Source of the DNA: Sphingobacteriales bacterium
GTDB lineage: Bacteria > Bacteroidota > Bacteroidia > Chitinophagales > JADIYW01
Assembly (NCBI GenBank): GCA_947460245.1
Contig: CANHGL010000001.1
Coordinates: 200,437-264,436 of the forward strand
DNA length: 64,000 bases
Direction: 5' to 3'
A program made the position numbers and the translations under genes. The notes under the pieces were generated by a model. The model was not told where the DNA came from. It searched no databases and was given only the letters and a program-made list of their open reading frames with translations. Below, in pieces: positions 49,070 to 57,821 of the stretch (its first letter is position 1; every line of letters begins with the position of its first letter).

Positions 49070-49285
49070 ATGAAGAAAATAATCTATTGTGAATGTGGTT
49101 GGGCGGGCAGCCCAGAACAATTGGAGCAAATGCCTACCATTAATAATGAATTTAGCAGGGTTTGTCCCCGATGCGGAGAGGGTATGCTTCCTGACCCCGT
49201 GGAGGTTCACGAAGAAACATTTAGTCTTATAATGAAACAACAGTTGCAGGAAATGGAAGACCTACAAGAGCAAGAAGATGAGTAA
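49070..49285 (+). CDS. small zinc-ribbon protein with acidic tail (hypothetical)
   Basis: 71 aa with CECG...CPRCG (four Cys ligands) and an acidic C-terminus EMEDLQEQEDE. The overlapping antisense ORF 49022..49240 has no such features. Confidence 0.4.
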   Translation: MKKIIYCECGWAGSPEQLEQMPTINNEFSRVCPRCGEGMLPDPVEVHEETFSLIMKQQLQEMEDLQEQEDE

Positions 49286-49304
49286 TAGAACCCCCGATTA
49301 TAAG

Positions 49305-49607
49305 TTAGTTGTTGGGTGCTCCTGCATCTATCCAACAGAGGATGGAGTTCTTCTCTGTAGATGACAAAGTTCTTCCTTTAGGCATAGAGCCGTCTGCAAT
49401 TACCGAATATACAGACGATTTTCTTGCACTTACATTAGCATACCCTGTATATTGTGTACCATGACAACCTGAACATGAAGCCAATAAGGGCGCAACATCT
49501 GTAGTATAGGATTTTGCGGGACCACTGCAATCTGCAGTATAGTTGGCGGATTTTTTGCAAGAAATTATCAGCGCTGCAAAAATGATAATAAAGAATATTT
49601 TTTTCAT
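49305..49607 (-). CDS. lipoprotein with one planctomycete-type cytochrome c (PSCyt1-like) CxxCH domain
   Basis: Lipobox LIISC. DVAPLLASCSGCHG...DGSMPKG...ILCWIDAGAPNN shows CxxCH, a distal Met-Pro and a W-x-x-x-GA ending. Confidence 0.6.
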   Translation of the reverse strand: MKKIFFIIIFAALIISCKKSANYTADCSGPAKSYTTDVAPLLASCSGCHGTQYTGYANVSARKSSVYSVIADGSMPKGRTLSSTEKNSILCWIDAGAPNN

Positions 49608-49675
49608 ATCTCAAATATAACTAATCAAACTATAGAGCTGGCGCTTTGGTTGTTAGAAAAAGTTAAGTAGCAATG

Positions 49676-50680
49676 CTACTCCTTGCCTTTTTGTGCAGCT
49701 TTCTTTTTTGCTCTTTTCTCTTTTCGTTCTGCCTTTGCATCTTTACCTACCCCCCAGGTTCTGGAAATATTGAATCCAATATGTATATCTCCCTTCCAAA
49801 AATTACCGGTGGTTCTGCGCAAGAATCCACTTTCATACATAGCCTGAGCATTAGTAATTTGGAATTGAAATACATGACCTCCAGTTACCACATCCAATCC
49901 TATTGCAAAGATGTCTTTGTTGTAGCCATTATTTTTGTTATCGTTGATATTTCTGTAGTATTCTGCAAGAAGAGAGAGCCTCTTGGAAGCTTTTACTTTA
50001 AAGCCCATACCTAAAGAAAAAACAGTATTGGGGTCTGCACTGGTTGCCACCAGATTAAAGTGCGTTACGGTAGGCGTGAGCTGAAAAGAAAAATATTCAT
50101 TGAATTTACGCGCCATGATTAACTGAAAAGCATAGGACATCCTGGAAGTAAAATAATTTTTCCTGCTAGGATCCTGCCATTTTAGAGAATTAATGGCCAT
50201 ATCTGCATACAATGCCATACTAAATGGCATACCTTTTTTCTTCTGGTCTACAAAACGGTATTTGGTGTAGAAATCATAGGTTTTTTCGAATGTACTCCTA
50301 GATGCTCCAATACTAAGATTATCCAGAATTCCATATTCGAACGACATCCGCATGGAGGCCTGATCTAATCCAAAAAAGTCTCTCCATCCTCCCGCCTTTA
50401 CAGAACCAAAACGGTGAGAGATAATAAAAGCCATCGTTTTCTTATTGATGGTTTCTGTAGTCTGACCGTTAATGAGATGAGTTCCGCCAAAAGTATTATA
50501 CACCATTTCTTTCTTTGGTTTTTTTACCACAGAGGAAGCAGCAGCTGGCGGAATATCATTAAGCATATCCATTAAATTTTCACCTGAGGGAGAATTAACC
50601 CGAGCGGAATCATTACTCTGAGCATACAAGTTATATGCAGACAAACTTATACATAGCGCAAGTAAAATGTTTTTCTTCAT
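49676..50680 (-). CDS. DUF5777-like outer-membrane beta-barrel protein
   Basis: Signal peptide. TFGGTHLINGQTTE...FIISHRFG...FFGLDQASMRMSFEYG...SIGASRS matches my memory of the DUF5777 family. Lys-rich C-terminal tail. Confidence 0.55.
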   Translation of the reverse strand: MKKNILLALCISLSAYNLYAQSNDSARVNSPSGENLMDMLNDIPPAAASSVVKKPKKEMVYNTFGGTHLINGQTTETINKKTMAFIISHRFGSVKAGGWRDFFGLDQASMRMSFEYGILDNLSIGASRSTFEKTYDFYTKYRFVDQKKKGMPFSMALYADMAINSLKWQDPSRKNYFTSRMSYAFQLIMARKFNEYFSFQLTPTVTHFNLVATSADPNTVFSLGMGFKVKASKRLSLLAEYYRNINDNKNNGYNKDIFAIGLDVVTGGHVFQFQITNAQAMYESGFLRRTTGNFWKGDIHIGFNISRTWGVGKDAKAERKEKRAKKKAAQKGKE

Positions 50681-50735
50681 TGTTCTGAATTTGAAATAAG
50701 AAAACCCCTACATAGAGATTTCTGGGGTTAATTAA

Positions 50736-51287
50736 TTACCGTTGGAATAGTGTAAGTGTTCCACTTACATATAAATCTATAACATCGCTGATTTTCTTTA
50801 CATAATCAGAGGATATTTTGATTTTAAAATCAGAGAGCTTAACATTAAACTGTGCTTTAACAATTATCTTACCGCTATCTATGATGATTTTACCACGCTG
50901 TTTGATTTTCTTTGTCACCCCATGAATAGTTAAATCACCCTCCACTATTACATCATAAGTTCCATTTTTGGCATAATCTTTCACCCCGTTAACTACCCCG
51001 GAAAGCGTAGCATTAGGATAGGCATCTGTCTCCAAATATTTATCATTAAAATGCTCTTTCATCGCTTCTTTTTCAAATTCAAAACTCTTCATCATTACCT
51101 TACAGGCAATATTTCCTGTGGCCGGATCCAGTATGATATTAACATCTTTGTTGCTAGATTCCAATTGCTCCATAGGAGTGTCTGAAATAAATTTAATTAC
51201 CCCACTGCGGGTAAAATACTTGGTTTGTGCTTGTACCGAAAGCAAACACATACACATTAAAAAAAATAGGCTGTTTATCTTTTTCAT
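50736..51287 (-). CDS. YceI family periplasmic (polyisoprenoid-binding-like) protein
   Basis: Signal peptide. The YceI-type pattern is IKFISDTPMEQLESSNKDV...KVMMKSFEF...HFNDKYLETDAYPNATL...LTIHGVTK. Confidence 0.7.
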   Translation of the reverse strand: MKKINSLFFLMCMCLLSVQAQTKYFTRSGVIKFISDTPMEQLESSNKDVNIILDPATGNIACKVMMKSFEFEKEAMKEHFNDKYLETDAYPNATLSGVVNGVKDYAKNGTYDVIVEGDLTIHGVTKKIKQRGKIIIDSGKIIVKAQFNVKLSDFKIKISSDYVKKISDVIDLYVSGTLTLFQR

Positions 51288-51296
51288 AATTATTAT

Positions 51297-51686
51297 TTAG
51301 TTATCTAATTTTCCTTGGCTAATCCAATCTGTAATCAATTGCAAATTACATTTAGCCAATTTCGTGCCCCCTTTTGGCATGGGTGAAACTGAGCCATCCT
51401 GATTAATAGAACCCGTGAATGCGCTTTGGCTATTCTGAAGGTATGCCGTTAGGTTTGCGTAACTATCCAGTTTTATATTACTTCCCAGAATTGGAGCATT
51501 AGAAGTACTATGGCACGCATAACAATTTGCATTTAGCACGGGAGCAACATCATTTACATAAGATATAGCTCCTGTTTTACAAGGAATATTTCCGTATAAG
51601 TTATCTTCTTTATCATAATAACAAGCAGTAAAAACCACTGATGCAAAAACTGAAATGAAGAATACACTAAGCTTATATCTTTTCAT
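51297..51686 (-). CDS. lipoprotein with one PSCyt1-like CxxCH domain
   Basis: Lipobox VFTAC. DVAPVLNANCYACHS...LDSYANL...SPMPKGG...LITDWISQG. ATG 51686 is preferred over 51713, which overlaps the upstream gene. Confidence 0.6.
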   Translation of the reverse strand: MKRYKLSVFFISVFASVVFTACYYDKEDNLYGNIPCKTGAISYVNDVAPVLNANCYACHSTSNAPILGSNIKLDSYANLTAYLQNSQSAFTGSINQDGSVSPMPKGGTKLAKCNLQLITDWISQGKLDN

Positions 51687-51691
51687 AGATT

Positions 51692-52129
51692 TTATTTTGA
51701 TAAGATTATACATTGGTCTAGTTTAATTTCTGCAGGGATCATAAACATGTCATCGATAATAGTGTATCCGGAATATGCTCCTTTTACTTTCACAGACTGC
51801 CCAGCTTTTAATATTGTCGCCTCTTTAATACCCTCTGCAGAAAGTGCATTAACGATTATAAATTTCCCTTTTTGATCAAATATTATTTTTATAGCATTCG
51901 AGTCTGATTCTACTTTATTAACAACTCCAGTTATCTCCATGATTTTATTCTTATAGACTGAATCTGCAGACATTGCATTTTTTTCAAAGCTGTTGAGGAT
52001 TTCTACTTCTGTTGCTACGATGTCTGTTGCCTTACTGCTCACTTTCTTCACCGGAGCAAAATACATATACAATCCGTACCCTACAGCTAATACTACTAAA
52101 ACAAAAACTATGGAAAATATTTTTTTCAT
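51692..52129 (-). CDS. membrane-anchored OB-fold protein (tRNA_anti-like family)
   Basis: N-terminal TM helix, then EILNSFEKNAMSADSVYKNKIMEITGVV...KAGQSVKVKGAYSG...IKLDQCIIL, the pattern I associate with PF12869-type OB-fold proteins. Confidence 0.55.
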   Translation of the reverse strand: MKKIFSIVFVLVVLAVGYGLYMYFAPVKKVSSKATDIVATEVEILNSFEKNAMSADSVYKNKIMEITGVVNKVESDSNAIKIIFDQKGKFIIVNALSAEGIKEATILKAGQSVKVKGAYSGYTIIDDMFMIPAEIKLDQCIILSK

Positions 52130-52137
52130 ACGCTAAT

Positions 52138-55100
52138 TTATTCTTTTATGAATGAACCCAGAAAGTTATCTTCTCCGAAATTCACTTTTAACACATATAC
52201 GCCTCTGGCCAAGTCTTCTGCATGTATTTCAAATGCCTGTCCTTTCTGGAGTCTGGATGTTACACAATAGACTTCATTTCCCATTATACCCATTATAGAA
52301 ACTGTAGCCTCGCCACTCTTATCCGGCACTATAACGAATTGACCTTTGTTTGGATTCGGATATAATTGAATTCTAGCATTTACATTATTGACTATAGCCG
52401 TCAACGCGCAGGTATTAATAGAAATATCACTACCATTGTCATTTCCCGTCACTCCATCATTATTACTTATCACTCTGATTCTGTAATGAGTTCCTCTCGC
52501 TAATCCGGATGGAAGTGTTACGTTAATTGGACTGCTTGTTCCATATCCAATAGTTAGTGGACTATTGAAACTGCCTGAAGTATCAGATAATTGCACCAGG
52601 AATGGTCCGGTTAAAGTACCTGTAGTGGTGTAGGCAACTGTCATACTATAAGAAGTATTTTGACAGTAAGGTCCAGCGCTTACACTTGCAGAAGTTGAAA
52701 TAGTAGGCGAACAGATATTACTTGTGATAACTACTGAATCTTTAGATGATGTACATGGTGAATTGGAAATTGTCCAGACAAATTTATTCTGTCCCACGCC
52801 TAACCCAGAAACACTACTTGTAGGGCTGGAAGAACTGGAAATAGTTCCGCTTCCACTCAACAATATCCATATTCCAGTACCCACTGTAGGAGTATTTCCA
52901 GCCAAAACAGCAGTTGTACCACAAACCGTTTGATCTACCCCTGCATTGGCAACTGTTGGAGTTGCTGTTCTCGTAATTATTACCGTATCGCTGGAAGATA
53001 TACATGGTGAATTGGAAATTGTCCAAACAAACTTATTCTGTCCAACACCTAATCCTGTAACTCCGCTTGCAGGGCTGGATGGTATAGTTATTGTTCCGCT
53101 ACCACTCGCCAATGTCCAAACTCCTGTACCTGAAACCGGCGTATTTCCGGCCAAGGTTGCCGAAGTTCCACAAACAGTTTGATCAGCTCCTGCATTAGCA
53201 GTTGTAATAGACCCTGATTGTATGATGACTACCGTATCGTTGGAAGATGTACATGGTGAATTGGAAATTGTCCAGATAAACTTATTCTGTCCGACACCTA
53301 AACCCGTAACTCCGCTGGTTGGACTCGATGGAATATTTATAGTTCCGCTACCACTTACTAGAATCCATACTCCTGTTCCCACTGTTGGAAGATTTCCAGC
53401 CAAAACAGCAGTAGTACCACAAACCGTTTGATCCACTCCTGCATTGGCTACTGTTGGAGCTGCCGCTCTGGTAATTATCACTGTATCCGTAGATGGTGTA
53501 CACGGAGGATTAGCAATCGTCCAAACGAATTTATTCTGTCCAATACCTAACCCGGCAATACCGCTTGAAGGGCTTGAAGGGGTAGTAATCGCTCCTGAAC
53601 CAAATACAAGTGACCAAGAACCAGTTCCTACTGTTGGTGCATTACCAGCTAAAGTAGCTGTAGTGCTACACACCGATTGATCTACTCCGGCAATAGCCGC
53701 TGTAATAGTTCCAGATTGTGTAATCAATACTGTATCACTAGAAGACGGACATGGCGAATTACTGATAGTCCAAATAAATTTATTTTGACCAACTCCTAAA
53801 CCCGTAATACCGCTAGTTGGACTAGTTGGTGAAGTAATCGTTCCAGTGCCACTTAATAATGTCCATGTTCCAGTGCCCACTGTTGGTGTATTTCCGAAAA
53901 GAGTAGCAGTATTGCTACATGCTGTTTGATCAATACCAGCATTAGCCACAGTTGGTGGCGCTACACCTGTAATAGAAACTGTATCTCTGGAGATGCAAGA
54001 GCCATTGCTAATAGTCCAGATAAATTTATTTTGTCCAACCCCTAGTACTGTAATACCGCTGGTAGGGCTGGATGGATTAGTTATTGTTCCGGTGCCATTT
54101 AATAATGTCCATATTCCTGTACCTATCGTTGGTGCATTTCCTGCTAAGGTAGCTGAAGTTCCACACACGGATTGGTCTACTCCGGCATTAGCTACAGTTG
54201 GTATGGCAGTGGCTGTAATAATTACTGTGTCTCTGGAAACACAAGAGCTATTACTGATAGTCCAAACAAATTTATTTTGACCAACTCCTAATACAGTAAC
54301 ACCACTTGTAGGGCTAGATGGTGAAGTGATAGTACCACTGCCACTGATTAGTGACCAGATTCCAGTGCCAACTGTAGCAGTATTTCCCGCTAAGGTTGCT
54401 GTGGTTCCGCACACAGACTGGTCTGCTCCAGCTATTGCAGGAGTCGGTGCTGCTGTAGCCGTAATAACTACAGTATCTCTGGAAACACAAGAGCCATTGG
54501 AGATAGTCCAGATAAATTTATTTTGTCCAACCCCTAGTACTGTAATACCGCTGGTAGGGCTGGATGGAGTCGTAATCGTTCCAGTGCCACTTAATAATGT
54601 CCATGTTCCAGCGCCCACTGTTGGCGTATTTCCAGCTAGGGTAGCTGTAGTACCACATATAGATTGATCAGCACCTGCACTGGAAACAGTTGGATTAAGA
54701 TTTATAGTTAAGTTCGTTCCATTGTCTGCACCTGTAATAACTGGGGTGCTAGAAACTACACGAATCCTATATTGAGTTCCTGCAGTTGCAGGTAATGGAA
54801 CTGTAGTGGTAATAGTTCCTGCTGCAGTAGAAGTTACCGAACCTAAAGTAGTAGGGGTTGTAAATGAACCCGTTGCACTGGAAAGCTGAGCTGTAAATAC
54901 ATTGCCTGCATTGTATGCTCCTGAAATAGTATAAGGAATACTTACCCCTGTCTGCCCTGCACAAAAAGGACTTCCTGAGATAGTTCCCGTGGTAATGGAA
55001 GCACCTGCAGCAGCCGAAAATACAGCAGATTTCGTATAGATATAGTCTCCAATATCATTTCTGTTATTATTAGCAGCATTACCGGATGTATAGAAAGTTA

Positions 55101-55557
55101 TATTACCGATATCAGTCAATGGGGCTGTCCATGAAAAATTAAATGATTTTGAATTAGCAACTAACCCTCCGTTATTAGTATGTGTAATATTCGTTTTGCC
55201 TCCACTCGTCAGTTTTTGTGTTGAAGCAGCATCTGTAATCGTCAGCGTGCCTGCATCTGTATTAGAAGTATTTAGTGCTTCAAAGTCAAACCCAAAAAGA
55301 GGGAATCCGGACTGTGCAACAGTTACAGTAATATTATAGGTTTGCCCCAGCACATAACCAGAACCCGGAATGTTTGTTGTAATAGTGGTACTGCCCACCC
55401 CTGAATTTACGGCATAGGAGCTATGGCAGCTGGTGCAATTTCCTTCACCAGGAGATGAACTCTTTCCTGCAACACCGTTTGAACTTCCATTAGCAATCTC
55501 TCTTATTAAAAAGATTACAAATAATAAAGGCAATATGCGCTTCAAAAATATAGCCAT
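52138..55557 (-). CDS. 1139-aa T9SS-secreted surface protein: N-terminal CxxCH domain, 2 bracketing Ig-like domains, 8 tandem repeats, T9SS CTD
   Basis: Signal peptide. GEGNCTSCHSS lies at aa 38-47 inside a ~180-aa beta-rich domain. Homologous ...YRIRV.S...G.DNG... domains sit at aa ~185-289 and ~950-1050. Eight repeats span aa 290-948. The C-terminus IQLYPNPNKGQFVIV...GVYVLKV is a T9SS type-A sorting domain. Confidence 0.8.
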   Translation of the reverse strand: MAIFLKRILPLLFVIFLIREIANGSSNGVAGKSSSPGEGNCTSCHSSYAVNSGVGSTTITTNIPGSGYVLGQTYNITVTVAQSGFPLFGFDFEALNTSNTDAGTLTITDAASTQKLTSGGKTNITHTNNGGLVANSKSFNFSWTAPLTDIGNITFYTSGNAANNNRNDIGDYIYTKSAVFSAAAGASITTGTISGSPFCAGQTGVSIPYTISGAYNAGNVFTAQLSSATGSFTTPTTLGSVTSTAAGTITTTVPLPATAGTQYRIRVVSSTPVITGADNGTNLTINLNPTVSSAGADQSICGTTATLAGNTPTVGAGTWTLLSGTGTITTPSSPTSGITVLGVGQNKFIWTISNGSCVSRDTVVITATAAPTPAIAGADQSVCGTTATLAGNTATVGTGIWSLISGSGTITSPSSPTSGVTVLGVGQNKFVWTISNSSCVSRDTVIITATAIPTVANAGVDQSVCGTSATLAGNAPTIGTGIWTLLNGTGTITNPSSPTSGITVLGVGQNKFIWTISNGSCISRDTVSITGVAPPTVANAGIDQTACSNTATLFGNTPTVGTGTWTLLSGTGTITSPTSPTSGITGLGVGQNKFIWTISNSPCPSSSDTVLITQSGTITAAIAGVDQSVCSTTATLAGNAPTVGTGSWSLVFGSGAITTPSSPSSGIAGLGIGQNKFVWTIANPPCTPSTDTVIITRAAAPTVANAGVDQTVCGTTAVLAGNLPTVGTGVWILVSGSGTINIPSSPTSGVTGLGVGQNKFIWTISNSPCTSSNDTVVIIQSGSITTANAGADQTVCGTSATLAGNTPVSGTGVWTLASGSGTITIPSSPASGVTGLGVGQNKFVWTISNSPCISSSDTVIITRTATPTVANAGVDQTVCGTTAVLAGNTPTVGTGIWILLSGSGTISSSSSPTSSVSGLGVGQNKFVWTISNSPCTSSKDSVVITSNICSPTISTSASVSAGPYCQNTSYSMTVAYTTTGTLTGPFLVQLSDTSGSFNSPLTIGYGTSSPINVTLPSGLARGTHYRIRVISNNDGVTGNDNGSDISINTCALTAIVNNVNARIQLYPNPNKGQFVIVPDKSGEATVSIMGIMGNEVYCVTSRLQKGQAFEIHAEDLARGVYVLKVNFGEDNFLGSFIKE
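52714..54690 (-). repeat. 8 tandem in-frame coding repeats of 246-249 nt (82-83 aa)
   Basis: Unit consensus: TVANAG.DQ.VCGTTATLAGN.PTVGTG.W.L.SGSGTI..PSSPTSG.TGLGVGQNKF.WTISN..C.S..DTV.IT. Anchors ACATGGTG recur at 52753, 53002 and 53251, giving a 249-nt period. Confidence 0.95.
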
Positions 55558-55575
55558 AGATTTCTACTTAAAACT

Positions 55576-56250
55576 TTAATTATTTGGGGCACCGGCAGTC
55601 ACCCATTTTCGTATCTGTGTCAATTTACATGGAGATAATTGTACTTGGCCTTTTGGCATTGGCGAACAACCAGCATAATTGATAGTACATTCTAGTTTCC
55701 CATTATCTACATAAGTTTTAATATTAGCATAGCTATCCAGTATTATACTTCCTCCAGAACTCGGTGCATTTGAAGTACTGTGACATCCGTAACAACTATT
55801 CTGGATAATAGGCTTGATAGTCGCACTATAGGTTATGTTGGTGGAATCACATGGACCTGCGCAATCCACCCCTATTTTCATCCCTTGACTTACCCAATCC
55901 TTTATCAATTGAATCTGCTCTGCAGTGAAACTGGCATACGGTGCCGGCGGCATACGGTTAGATCCTGTTTCCTGTATAATATCTGTTAGAAGCTGTCCTG
56001 AAATAGTAGATCTAATATGATTGTAGGAATCTAAAACAATACCCTCACGGCGAGATATATTATCATGGCAACCGGATTTGGCACAGCCTGAAGCAAGGAG
56101 AGGTAATATCTCCTCTTCAAAGCAAACACTGTCTTTAACATTCTGTGTAGGATTATTTGCAATAGGTTGCACGACAGGTTCATGCTTACATTGCATGAAA
56201 GAAAGAGTTACAACTAAAGCAACGAAAAAGGCACATATTCTGCTTTTCAT
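55576..56250 (-). CDS. lipoprotein with two PSCyt1-like cytochrome c domains
   Basis: Lipobox-like SFMQC. Domain 1: ILPLLASGCAKSGCHD...NRMPP...LIKDWVSQG (C-x4-CH). Domain 2: CYGCHS...LDSYANI...SPMPKGQ...IRKWVTAGAPNN. It is the first gene of the operon. Confidence 0.6.
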   Translation of the reverse strand: MKSRICAFFVALVVTLSFMQCKHEPVVQPIANNPTQNVKDSVCFEEEILPLLASGCAKSGCHDNISRREGIVLDSYNHIRSTISGQLLTDIIQETGSNRMPPAPYASFTAEQIQLIKDWVSQGMKIGVDCAGPCDSTNITYSATIKPIIQNSCYGCHSTSNAPSSGGSIILDSYANIKTYVDNGKLECTINYAGCSPMPKGQVQLSPCKLTQIRKWVTAGAPNN

Positions 56251-56549
56251 AAAATAGGGATTAAATATTAATTACGGCTTTACCAGTATAGACTTAACCT
56301 AGCGAAACAAATTAAAAAATTATTAAAACGCTAACTTAGTCTACATTAAATTTAGAATCTTTTTTTCTTAAAAAGTTTTAAAATTCCTAGACGAGACAAC
56401 CTTTAGCTAATTTTTAACAGTTTTGTAAAAACAAAATAAGATGATTTGGTTTTTGGTAAAAATTACGAGATCGTTAATTAAAAAAGGCGAATATGCCCTC
56501 TTTAACCAAAGTCATTTTACTGTTAAGGGCACATCTCTCTATTTTACCT

Positions 56550-56557
56550 TATCTTTG
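56550..56557 (+). promoter_or_regulatory. candidate -7 promoter box (TATCTTTG) for hflX
   Basis: Matches TAnnTTTG, 17 nt upstream of ATG 56574. Confidence 0.35.
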
Positions 56558-56573
56558 TAAATACCTATAAACA

Positions 56574-57776
56574 ATGAGTAGTCCGACAAAAACAACAGAA
56601 GTTAGTCCGATAGTAGAAGAGCGCGCTGTCTTGGTGGGTATTATTCGCGATAACCAAAGTGCAGAACAGATAGAAGAATATTTAGAAGAACTCGCCTTTC
56701 TGGCTGAGACAGCAGGTGCTGTAACTTTAAAAAAATTCACTCAAAAATTGAAGCATCCAGATGTGCGCTACTTTGTAGGCTCAGGAAAATTGGAAGAGAT
56801 AAAACTCTATAATGAGTTTGCAGAAATCAATACAGTTATTATAGATGATGAAATCTCTCCTGCACAGCAACGAAATTTAGAAGCTGAACTGAAGTGTAAG
56901 ATATTAGACAGAACAAGTTTAATTCTGGACATATTTGCTATGCGCGCACAAACAGCACAAGCACGCACCCAGGTAGAGTTGGCTCAGTTGCAATACCTAT
57001 TGCCACGGCTTAAAGGATTGTGGACACACTTAGAACGTCAGCGAGGTGGAATCGGTATGCGCGGGCCAGGTGAAAAAGAAATTGAAACAGACCGACGGGT
57101 TATTAATGATAAGATTTCTAAACTTAAACACGACTTAGAAACCTTAGACCGTCAGGAATCTACGAGAAGAAAAACACGTGGGGAGCTCATTCGTGTTGCG
57201 CTGGTAGGCTATACCAATGTCGGCAAGTCAACCATTATGAACCTGTTGAGCAAAAGTGAAGTATTGGCAGAAAATAAACTATTTGCAACACTGGATACTA
57301 CGGTAAGAAAAGTAGTGATAGATAATGTTGCCTTTCTACTCAGCGATACCGTAGGTTTTATCCGCAAGCTTCCCCACAAACTTATTGAAAGTTTCAAATC
57401 TACTTTGGATGAAACCAAAGAGTCGGATATCATTGTTCATGTGGTAGACGCTTCGCATGAAAATTTTAATGATCATATTAATGTAGTCAATGAGACCTTA
57501 TCTGAACTGAATGTAACACGGCAACCAAGGTTGATAGTATTCAATAAGATGGATTTATATCGTGAAAAATATTTTGATAAATATCTTCCGGAAGATATTA
57601 AAAGAGAGCTGTCCGAAGAGTTTGAAAAAAATATGCGAAGCAGGATGAATACCAATTGCGTATTCATCTCCGCCACCAATAAGGAAAATATTGAAGAACT
57701 TCGAAATACTATGGTTCTGATGGTTCAGGATATGTATCACAAGCGCTATCCCTACAAGACCAATTTTTATAACTAG
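56574..57776 (+). CDS. hflX: GTPase HflX
   Basis: HflX N-terminal domain (DEISPAQQRNLE...ILDRTSLILDIF), GYTNVGKSTIMN, SDTVGFI, NKMD. Confidence 0.95.
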   Translation: MSSPTKTTEVSPIVEERAVLVGIIRDNQSAEQIEEYLEELAFLAETAGAVTLKKFTQKLKHPDVRYFVGSGKLEEIKLYNEFAEINTVIIDDEISPAQQRNLEAELKCKILDRTSLILDIFAMRAQTAQARTQVELAQLQYLLPRLKGLWTHLERQRGGIGMRGPGEKEIETDRRVINDKISKLKHDLETLDRQESTRRKTRGELIRVALVGYTNVGKSTIMNLLSKSEVLAENKLFATLDTTVRKVVIDNVAFLLSDTVGFIRKLPHKLIESFKSTLDETKESDIIVHVVDASHENFNDHINVVNETLSELNVTRQPRLIVFNKMDLYREKYFDKYLPEDIKRELSEEFEKNMRSRMNTNCVFISATNKENIEELRNTMVLMVQDMYHKRYPYKTNFYN

Positions 57777-57821
57777 GCACGATACCTAATTATCTAATTC
57801 AGTATTTATTATCTTTACAAG

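Noticed and set aside
52724-54667. A series of 69-113-aa plus-strand ORFs (52724, 52946, 53222, 53444, 53993, 54326 ...) with repeating sequences such as ...LEIVQTNLFCPTPNP...
   Set aside because: They are the antisense reading of the eight tandem repeats in the 1139-aa minus-strand gene. Their periodicity simply mirrors the repeat. The minus-strand frame is continuous for 3.4 kb and carries a signal peptide and a T9SS CTD.
52714-54690. The regular repeat array could be a CRISPR array or a non-coding satellite.
   Set aside because: The units are 246-249 nt with no unique spacers. They are in frame, encode a conserved Cys-containing domain, and no cas genes are present.
56251-56573. The 320-bp AT-rich intergenic region, and the 250-bp region at 48811-49069, could hold a tRNA, riboswitch or small RNA.
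   Set aside because: I could find no cloverleaf-compatible stems, no conserved T-loop (GGTTCGAAT-like) sequence and no extended conserved hairpins. They look like divergent or upstream promoter regions. A covariance-model scan (Infernal/Rfam) would be needed to exclude small RNAs.
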